DNA from: a virus
Reading direction: 5' to 3' (one strand)
IMG/VR virus record: IMGVR_UViG_3300021420_000014
DNA: 64,000 nucleotides
The notes beneath the pieces were generated by a model that saw only the letters and a list, made by a program, of their open reading frames with translations, was not told where the DNA came from and did not search any database. How positions within the stretch are numbered: the stretch's first letter is position 1; each line of letters begins with the position of its first letter. Of the stretch, positions 53,211-60,815 are shown one piece after another. Position numbers and translations under genes: made by a program.

Positions 53211-53211
53211 A

Positions 53212-53937
53212 ATGGCTACGGCAGCAACAGCAAAGAAACTGGCTCCAAAAGTAGTCGCTGGAGGTAAACCAATCGAAGTCGTGCGACCCAATATGGCCTA
53301 TTTGTTCGCGGCCATCGAAGGTACCGCTCCGCTATTACAGAATCCCAAGACCAAACAATATCTAGACAGCATGATTGCGTCAGGCGAGGGAAAGGCGCAG
53401 GCAGCAAAAACTATCAAGAATCCCGAGGATGAATTTATCGCGCGCCTGAAACAGACCAAAGAAGAAATTGGATTAGTCCCCGTCGAAGCATTCACTGGTC
53501 GGCGTGGTCTATTTCCGACTGCTGCTAGGCTCGCTAGACTCAAGAAGATTTCGTCAACCACAGTGCTCGCCGGCGTCAAGGTGATTCCGGACGTCATGCT
53601 GGAATTTCAGGACGGCCTGCGCGGCTATCTTTTGATTCGCGGCGGATCAAAGCCGATCAATGACAAACACATTGCCGATATTGAGAAAGCCCCTGGCAAA
53701 CGAGTGCCCGTCCCAATCTATCGGCCGCGTTACAACCAATGGGGTCTTGAGCTGCGGATTAAATATTGGCCTACCTTGGTCAGCCTTTCCAATCTGATGT
53801 CGCTTCTCGCCACGATGGGCGAAGTGGGCGTTGGCTCATGGCGTCCAGAAAACGGCGGAATGTTCGGGACCTTCCAACTTCTGAACGCCGCAGAAGTAGG
53901 CGAAGCCATCGGCGCTGCTTGGCAAACGGAAAAATAG
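53212..53937 (+). CDS. RAMP/Cas7-like RNA-binding protein
   Basis: IEGTAPLL first strand, VP..AF, YRPRY..W.LELRI.Y, C-terminal G-rich loop GVGSWRPENGGMFGTF; GGGAGAATC RBS. Confidence 0.75.
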   Translation: MATAATAKKLAPKVVAGGKPIEVVRPNMAYLFAAIEGTAPLLQNPKTKQYLDSMIASGEGKAQAAKTIKNPEDEFIARLKQTKEEIGLVPVEAFTGRRGLFPTAARLARLKKISSTTVLAGVKVIPDVMLEFQDGLRGYLLIRGGSKPINDKHIADIEKAPGKRVPVPIYRPRYNQWGLELRIKYWPTLVSLSNLMSLLATMGEVGVGSWRPENGGMFGTFQLLNAAEVGEAIGAAWQTEK

Positions 53938-53940
53938 TTT

Positions 53941-54812
53941 CATAGCAAAGCGAAGCCGAGTCATGCCGTGCGAAGCCGTGCCTGGAAATAGCTTAGTGCG
54001 GCTCGGCCAAGCTTTGACAAGACAAGCGAAGAGTTGCAAATCAAACCCGAACCAAGGCCCTGAGAAGATGCGTCTAGATTAGCGGAGCGGCGCAAAGATA
54101 AGAGAAGCCGAGATTGCCGTTGATTAGTGAAGCGAGGCAAATCGAACGCTGATCTCTGCGGAGCCAAGCTATGAATAGCCATGCGCCGCCCAGCAACGAC
54201 CGGCCTGACGGAGCGGACCGTGGCATAGCTTAGCAAAGCCCGGAACAGCTGTGCTGAGCCGAAGCCGAACGAGTAGCGAAGCGAAGCGGTGCATGACAAT
54301 GCGCGGAGCCGAGAAGGCATAGCGCAGCGCATCGAACCGAACACGAAGATGAGAGAAGCGGAGCCGAGTGAAGCGGAGAGAAGTAAAGACAGGATAAGCT
54401 GAGCCTGGACCTGCGGAGCAGAATCAAACTCACGCCGCATTGACAATTACGGCTAACTCGTACCGTAGCCATGCTGAGCTGTGCGAAGCACTGCAGGGCT
54501 TAGAAAAACACAGCGGAGACGAGCATGACAAATAGAACTCGTACCTTGCGTAGCAGCGAGAGACCAAGAGGAGAACAGCGGCGCAAAGAACGGAACGGCT
54601 TGACAGCGCCGTGCGGTGCCTGCCGCAGATAAGCCAAGCGAACACCTAAGCGTAGCGATGCCCAGAGGAGTTTGGAGACGCGAAGTCGAGCGAAGAGAAG
54701 CCCGGACAACCAATCCGAACCGAACTATAAGCGTAGCGAGGCCAAGATTAGAAACGCGAAGAAGGACGAAGCGATGCCCTGACAAGAGAGTCCGAAGCAA
54801 ACACGGAGCGTT
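53941..54812 (+). repeat. AGC-NN period-5 array 1 (putative guide RNAs)
   Basis: agcAA agcGA agcCG agtCA tgcCG tgcGA agcCG ... over about 870 nt with periodic register breaks. Confidence 0.85.
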
Positions 54813-54815
54813 AAA

Positions 54816-55352
54816 ATGAAAAAGAAGAAACGGTATGTCCCGGTTGATGGCGCACATATTTCTACCGCCGAAGCCAAGAAGGTCGGCTTGGCTGTCGATC
54901 GGCTCATCAGCAAACTCGGCCGGCTGCCCACCACCGCGGAGTTTGCCGTGGCGAGCAGAATCAAAACCAGTCCAGCCTATCCCGTAGTCTTCAAGCGGTT
55001 CCGACAACTGACCGCGAGCGCGTGGGAAAACGCTGCCGCCTACTGCATTCGCAGCGTCGATATCGTTTGGATCGATGGTGCTGGCCGTCAATCGCTGCCG
55101 GAAAAGGCATTTTTCGTTTTGAGTTTGATCGAGGAAGCCAGGATCGACGACGAAAACGGCCACGCAACCATTTATCCAGTCGAGGATGCGCAAAAAAGTC
55201 CGGCCGCGATTGCTGCGCAAGAGTTAGCGATGCGCAGAACCGTGATGGCAGCAGTCGGCGACTTCGCGTCGCTCGCAGGTTTTGCAAAAGCACGCGCTGC
55301 GGCGATTCGAGCGATTGACGATTTAGGCGGAAGGGGCGGTCGCGCGGATTGA
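54816..55352 (+). CDS. accessory protein embedded between arrays
   Basis: GGAG RBS; KVG..VDRL...G.LPT..EF...SR...SPAY; loses the period-5 pattern. Confidence 0.7.
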   Translation: MKKKKRYVPVDGAHISTAEAKKVGLAVDRLISKLGRLPTTAEFAVASRIKTSPAYPVVFKRFRQLTASAWENAAAYCIRSVDIVWIDGAGRQSLPEKAFFVLSLIEEARIDDENGHATIYPVEDAQKSPAAIAAQELAMRRTVMAAVGDFASLAGFAKARAAAIRAIDDLGGRGGRAD

Positions 55353-55362
55353 AAATGATTTT

Positions 55363-55610
55363 CCGAAGCAGCGCACTGCCAAGCGCTGATTGGCTAAGCG
55401 TAGAAAAGCACTGCGCGGTAAACCAAACCAAACTCCATGCGAAGCATAGATTGACGCGGCGATGAGAAGCACAGCGAGGCGATGCGTAGCCCTGAAAGAC
55501 GCGGCAAGTCGAAACGTACTCGGTGCTGTGAGAAGCATGGTGCAGCGATGAGTAGATTAGCCGAGCAGGGATAAGCGAAGAATAGCGTAGTGAAGCGAAC
55601 CGCACTCAGA
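55363..55610 (+). repeat. AGC-NN period-5 array 2
   Basis: agcAT ggtGC agcGA tgaGT agaTT agcCG agcAG ggaTA agcGA agaAT agcGT agtGA agcGA. Confidence 0.8.
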
Positions 55611-55612
55611 GC

Positions 55613-57412
55613 TTAACGGTATTTGTGAAGGTCGATTATTCTGCGGCCACCGATCGGTGAAGCTTCTGGCTGTCCTGTTGCAAAACGTTGGAATCCGCAA
55701 TGCCCACATCGAAGCTGGTCGGCAATTCTCGTTTGTAGCGTTACCTCATGGCACTTTGGACATTTCGGTGTTCGATCGTTGGTGGCTACAGCCGCTAGGT
55801 TTCCGGCCTCGGTTGTTTTTAGCATGGTGATTTGCTCCGGTGCTCCTACCTTGAACCAGTCGATTAAGCCCAATGTTCCGGGCCCAATCAGTTCGGTCAC
55901 AGCAAACACCATAGCGTCTAACCGGTTCGGCGATCGTTCACCTGGCATACCTGTGTAGGATACCAGCTCTTGCTCAAGTAATTCCATCTCGCCGACAATA
56001 TGGCACCGGTTGTGTTCAGACAAAGAACTCACCGGTTGCGCGCGAATCAATTTGCCGCGCGATGAAGTCACATCCCGATAGGGAATATTTTCGTCTACGG
56101 TTTTGAGGGTCTCAGCCACCATATCACCGCCAAAGTTGCGTTCTGCCACTATCAGGTCGGCCTTGCATTTCTCAAATAGTCGTATTGCAGTTCCTGCCCA
56201 GGCCTTCGGCCTTGACGCGAACATGGATTCATCAAATAAAACATAAAACTCTTGGTCATAGCCCTCGCCTGCCGCCACAATTCCCACTTCGGTCGTCGTC
56301 GATCCCGATGGGTCAATCGCCACCACGATCCTGCGATATCCGTCCGGAAATGCCGGTGCCTCTTTTGCTTCTGGATATTTCGCCCTCAAGTCCGGCGATA
56401 TGGTAAATCGGTGTTGCTGCCGGTCCCAAAAATTCGCTGATAAAACTCTGGAGTCGTCCAATACTTTCCGCGTCCAGAGCGCGTTTGGTATTTCGTCGCA
56501 ATCAAGCGCTTCGATCTCTTGCATGAACGCCACTTTATTCATGTTCCGCTCGGCTCTGTCTATTCCTTCTGACGAAATGAACGGATTCGCTCTCGAGGAA
56601 AAATGCAAACATAGCCATTCGTTATCAGCCTGGCACCGCTTGAACATTTTTGCGGCGTGCTGTTTGTCTTTGGCTTTGCTGATCGACTTCGTAGCCAAAG
56701 ATGGCGGCGTATAAATCAATACCGCATCGCCATCTTTGTCTATCATCATGGGTTGACCAACTTCGGTCCACGCTGTCTCGTCCATCAGCTGGTATTCATC
56801 CAGGATCAAAAGTGTGCACCAGTCTCCTCTTAATGAATCCGCATTCCATGCGGTCTTTCCTTTGATCCTATTGTCAGTCCCTCGAAATTCAATCACATGC
56901 TCGGTCTCGTTTTTGTATACCCTCCCCGCATTGATCAGTTCCCTCAAACTCCACGTTACTTCTTTCCACCATTTGTCTAATTGGTCCACCACAGGCACGG
57001 CATACAAAACTCTTCCTCCATTCGCAAAATGATTTACGGTCAAAGTGGCAGAACTAGTAGTTTTCCCTGCTCGTCTTCCCGCTCGTACCATCTTCCGTTT
57101 CTTCGGCGATTCCACCAGCAGCTTCTGCTCCGGAAATCCGTCCACGTTCCGTACATGAATCGGACACGGATCCCCTTGCGCCCCTTTCACTAATTCTTCA
57201 ACCAGATCGTTCGCTTCTTTTGGCTCAGGTGCAGGCGGAATCAATAACTCTAATCTCGTCTTGTGACACCGGAAGCAATACGCCGTCTCCATGTTGTCAC
57301 TCGACCACGCATGCGAGGAATGCTTAGGACACTGGTAATAGAGCCGCGGCTTGCCTCCCTTTGGCTTCGGCGGCTGCACCACAGGCGGTTTGCTTTGTTC
57401 TTGGCTTTCCAT
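55613..57412 (-). CDS. terL: terminase large subunit with terminal Zn ribbons
   Basis: AGRRAGKT Walker A, LRG, LILDEY Walker B, TPP, nuclease AIDPS, ERNFGG, K.IRA, NRLDA. Confidence 0.92.
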   Translation of the reverse strand: MESQEQSKPPVVQPPKPKGGKPRLYYQCPKHSSHAWSSDNMETAYCFRCHKTRLELLIPPAPEPKEANDLVEELVKGAQGDPCPIHVRNVDGFPEQKLLVESPKKRKMVRAGRRAGKTTSSATLTVNHFANGGRVLYAVPVVDQLDKWWKEVTWSLRELINAGRVYKNETEHVIEFRGTDNRIKGKTAWNADSLRGDWCTLLILDEYQLMDETAWTEVGQPMMIDKDGDAVLIYTPPSLATKSISKAKDKQHAAKMFKRCQADNEWLCLHFSSRANPFISSEGIDRAERNMNKVAFMQEIEALDCDEIPNALWTRKVLDDSRVLSANFWDRQQHRFTISPDLRAKYPEAKEAPAFPDGYRRIVVAIDPSGSTTTEVGIVAAGEGYDQEFYVLFDESMFASRPKAWAGTAIRLFEKCKADLIVAERNFGGDMVAETLKTVDENIPYRDVTSSRGKLIRAQPVSSLSEHNRCHIVGEMELLEQELVSYTGMPGERSPNRLDAMVFAVTELIGPGTLGLIDWFKVGAPEQITMLKTTEAGNLAAVATNDRTPKCPKCHEVTLQTRIADQLRCGHCGFQRFATGQPEASPIGGRRIIDLHKYR

Positions 57413-57502
57413 TGATTCGCTTACAGCTTACACCACAATGCCGTTCCCAATGGCGATTCTGCCCTTGCTCTAAAACCCAAGACTCTGGTATTAATAGAGT
57501 TA

Positions 57503-57946
57503 ATGGCTACTGATAGTATAACCGCTGCCAATAGAAGCAACGGATTGGAAAAACAGAAGCAGGAGAAGCGATCCGGTCTCGCGACGGCAGCGATCCTGCG
57601 CGCGGCGTACACGCGGCAGCTCAACGAGCCAATTCCGCCGATGCTTTTGAAGTCGCTCAAAAAAGCGAGCCCATTTTTCCATCCGTTGAAAGATGGCGAC
57701 GTGATGGCCGACGCAGTTGCGCTTGGATTAATTCGGCGCGCAGTGAATCGCGGCGAGCCAGGCCCTGCAAGAGAGATGCGCGAAGCGACCGATGGCAAAG
57801 CAGCACAGCGTGTGGAGATTGGTCCAGCAGATCGGCGGATTGAAATTGTGTTGGTGAAAGAACCATTGCCTCCGGAGATCGCGGCTCGATCAAAAGTATT
57901 GACACTGCCGGCGACATCGAGTGAGCCAGGCGACGAAGAGAAATAA
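57503..57946 (+). CDS. putative terminase small subunit-like protein
   Basis: ADAVA..LIRRA..GE..AREMREATDGKAAQRVEI pattern; divergent from terL. Confidence 0.5.
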   Translation: MATDSITAANRSNGLEKQKQEKRSGLATAAILRAAYTRQLNEPIPPMLLKSLKKASPFFHPLKDGDVMADAVALGLIRRAVNRGEPGPAREMREATDGKAAQRVEIGPADRRIEIVLVKEPLPPEIAARSKVLTLPATSSEPGDEEK

Positions 57947-58078
57947 GGCGAAGCCGTGGTACTAGTCTGTTGGCAATAATATAACCTTTCCACCTAACTC
58001 CTCTGGAATCAGTAAACGCTTATGCTGCTTCGCGTCTGCGTTTATCTATTATGTTGCCGTCCTGGTACTAAATAACGA

Positions 58079-58312
58079 GGTCATGTGGTACTGACTTTTA
58101 TTTGTGGGCCGATGATCGCGCTCGGGATCATGAGGTCATTCTGGACTTGTATTCATGGGGTCATATCGGTGATTCCGAATCTGTATTGGCGGGGTCATGT
58201 GGGAACCGAAATGTTGGGGTCATGTGGTAATTTTTCCGGCCGGTATGGAAAGCCGGCGGTATGGTATTCGGGATCGGTATGGTTTCCGGAACTGCCGGTA
58301 TGGATTCCGGGA
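58079..58312 (+). repeat. cluster of short direct repeats
   Basis: GGTCATGTGG x3 (58079, 58193, 58218); CGGTATGG x4 (58241, 58257, 58275, 58296). Confidence 0.7.
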
Positions 58313-58428
58313 CGCCAGACGGTAATATCTACACCTGTTAACCGATTGCTAACAATCCGCGCCGCGTAGTGGCGTATTGATCACTTTCGCTTTTTATTTA
58401 TTTATTTCGGTCTGTCCGTCGAATTGTC

Positions 58429-58457
58429 TTGACACACGTTAGCGCGTCTGCTATTTT
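58429..58457 (+). promoter_or_regulatory. sigma70-type promoter
   Basis: TTGACA-N17-TATTTT with extended TG. Confidence 0.55.
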
Positions 58458-58514
58458 GACTGTGCAAGCTAGTTAGCACGATTCAAAACTAGCCGACCTG
58501 AGAAAAGAGAAACC

Positions 58515-58844
58515 ATGAAAACGAAGAAACAGAATGACCGCACCGCGAAAGTTACCGCAACTCCAGCAATGAAACTGACAACGAAAGTAACGCCAAAAAC
58601 CACTGCCAAAGTAACAGCGACCGCAGCGACCGCAACCGCGAAACCAAAGAAGACCCTCACACATGACGAACGCTCCGCAATTGCCAGACTCGCAGCGTAC
58701 AAAGCCCACCTGCATAAGTCTTTCCAGTCAGAGCGCACGCCAGATGAGCGCAAGATTCAGACGCGCCTATTCGAGTCTGCCAAAAAGACTCGCGACCACG
58801 TTCCCACACTCGACCGCGACGAACTGCTAGACGCTATAGCCTAG
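58515..58844 (+). CDS. K/T/A-rich histone-like small protein
   Basis: TAKVTAT repeats; followed by terminator. Confidence 0.6.
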   Translation: MKTKKQNDRTAKVTATPAMKLTTKVTPKTTAKVTATAATATAKPKKTLTHDERSAIARLAAYKAHLHKSFQSERTPDERKIQTRLFESAKKTRDHVPTLDRDELLDAIA

Positions 58845-58851
58845 CAACTAA

Positions 58852-58884
58852 GAGACGCGCAGCGACCCTGCGCGTCTCGTTTTT
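58852..58884 (+). terminator. intrinsic terminator
   Basis: GAGACGCGCAG-cgacc-CTGCGCGTCTC-gTTTTT. Confidence 0.85.
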
Positions 58885-59713
58885 CCTGCTCATGTAGCAC
58901 GATCTAAACGTGAGTAGAGAAAGCGAGACGCTATGAAAATTCGCCGACAAGTAGAGCAAGATTCCGATACTTCGATGCCAGTACCGAATTTCTCCGCCGG
59001 CCACCTGGACCCGTTTTATTTCTCAGAGACGCCAAACAATGAGGACGTGGCGCAGTATGTTCGCCGATCGGATCTCCGTTACGCCATGCAGGACCGTTCG
59101 CGATCTAGCGAAGCGGGCTCCGCTCCGCTGTCTATCCTGCTAGACGTTTGTTTTTTGCTTACCATCGTATTCATGCCCTCGATGGTTAGGTTAATCCCAT
59201 TCGCCAGTGTGACCATGTTAACCTGCGCCACGATTTGGTTTACCGTTCGCGCCTATCGTTTCTTCACCGCATCCCCTGACACTGACTTTTTGCACTCTGA
59301 CCATTCGCCACTGACACCGATCGAACTAGATAACTACGAGACACCGCGCGGTTGGGCTTCAGTTGGAAAACTCCCGGGAATGGATTCGCGCACCGATCTA
59401 ATGGACCCTGGCAGCACGTCTAACCTGCTCGCCGACATCCGCAAGACAGGACTCTAGACCATGCCAGCTAAAACCGTCCTTGACCAATTGCTCACCATGC
59501 GCGAAACCATGCTGCGCATCCGCACCGAGACAGACTACAGCGACCATACCGTCAAGACCTACGCAAAAGACCTTGACGTGATGCTCGCTCGCCTTATTGA
59601 CCTGCTCGCAGCTAGACGCGCCGAGGCCAGCGAGCAAGCCAGCACGCGAATTGGTGCACCACGCGCACAAGTGAACTCTGCCAGCATCGCCAACCGTACC
59701 GCACGCTAACACC

Positions 59714-59746
59714 ATAGGGCCGCCTAGCAAGCGGCCCTATTTTTTT
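59714..59746 (+). terminator. intrinsic terminator
   Basis: ATAGGGCCGC-ctagcaa-GCGGCCCTAT-TTTTTT. Confidence 0.88.
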
Positions 59747-59750
59747 GTCT

Positions 59751-59807
59751 GGCGATGCGATGGTGTGGTGTGGTGCGGTGCGGTGTGGGTCCGGCTTGGT
59801 ATGGTTC
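59751..59807 (+). repeat. GGY-NN period-5 tract
   Basis: ggtGT ggtGT ggtGC ggtGC ggtGT (g) ggtCC ggcTT ggtAT ggtTC. Confidence 0.6.
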
Positions 59808-60123
59808 CTCATAACTTATGGTATTCGGGATTTCCGCCGACTGGCCTGGAGTCTCGAACTTTTTTTACGATTTTTCGGGTTCTGGAATCTATTGAGAGGT
59901 TAAAAAGTTTTTGCTGAATTTTCGGGATTTAAGGCTTGATTATATGTCGAGGACGAAAGGTTGGTTATTGTGATGGCAGCAGAGAGGGCAAGTACCGTTT
60001 GGGTTGAGAGGGAGATCGTGATAATCGCAGAAGTAAACGAGCTTATGAATTAAGGTGGGTGTTGTCTATTTTGTTTTGGTGAGGAGTACAAGAGTACTTC
60101 TACTACAGAACCCCCAGGCCCCC

Positions 60124-60573
60124 TTAATCAGGTTGCATTTTTGCTTGTTGTTTTGCTTTCCAAGCTCTTGGATTAGTTCCTAGTGCCCTTGGGTTACGGC
60201 CGAGAGCTCTAGGATTTTCACCGACAGCCCTTGCGTTCGTTCCTAACGTTTTTGGATTAGTCCCAAAGTGTCTAGATCCAACCGTCGGGATCTCTACGTC
60301 AGGAACGAGTAACTCTACCACAATTCCGAAGTGGTCTTTTAGCAATTCAGCAACAAGCTGCTGAGCCGGACTGAGGTGAGCACCTTTATGCCCTTTGACT
60401 TCGATAAATCGGAGGGCGTCATCTTTGACCGCCAAAAAATCCGGCCAACCACGTTTAAGCACGGTCCAGCCTTCGCCTATTAATTTCTCGCCGACAGCTC
60501 TCTCGGATAGATTCTTCAGTCTGTGAATTCTCGTGTCTGAGCCACGCTTAACTCTTGCAAAATTCAAAGACAT
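60124..60573 (-). CDS. VRR-NUC nuclease with heptapeptide repeats
   Basis: GWPDFLAV, FIEVK, LSPAQ; five GxNPRAL-like repeats. Confidence 0.8.
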   Translation of the reverse strand: MSLNFARVKRGSDTRIHRLKNLSERAVGEKLIGEGWTVLKRGWPDFLAVKDDALRFIEVKGHKGAHLSPAQQLVAELLKDHFGIVVELLVPDVEIPTVGSRHFGTNPKTLGTNARAVGENPRALGRNPRALGTNPRAWKAKQQAKMQPD

Positions 60574-60668
60574 AATCCCTCCAGATCTAGCTTATTTTAA
60601 CTTGGTTCTGGTCTGGAAATTTCCACATTTGCACAATGTCTTATACGAGACTGGCGAAGCAATTAGGC

Positions 60669-60697
60669 TTGACAGTTCGTACTAAGGGGGATAGTTT
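60669..60697 (+). promoter_or_regulatory. sigma70-type promoter of replication genes
   Basis: TTGACAgttcgtac...TAGTTT, 17-nt spacer. Confidence 0.55.
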
Positions 60698-60815
60698 AGG
60701 CGCGGCGATGGGCGGTGGAGGGTTTTGAGAGAGACCGCGGGATCTTTCCTTCCGCCATCTTTCCCATTGCCACCTTCCACCGCCTAGCCGAAAACCACCT
60801 TGAAAGGCTTCGCGC

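Noticed and set aside
53836-55605. Numerous overlapping S/R/A/L-rich ORFs (53961-54446, 54230-54472, 54430-54645, 54991-55605 etc.)
   Set aside because: Translations of period-5 arrays or antisense shadows of real genes; no RBS or domain signal.
49602-55610. CRISPR array interpretation
   Set aside because: No identical 25-40 nt repeats with about 30 nt spacers and no cas1, cas3, cas6 or cas10 seen.
58472-58481. Match to array A spacer attagcacg
   Set aside because: Short match expected by chance; the partner spacer site is not adjacent.
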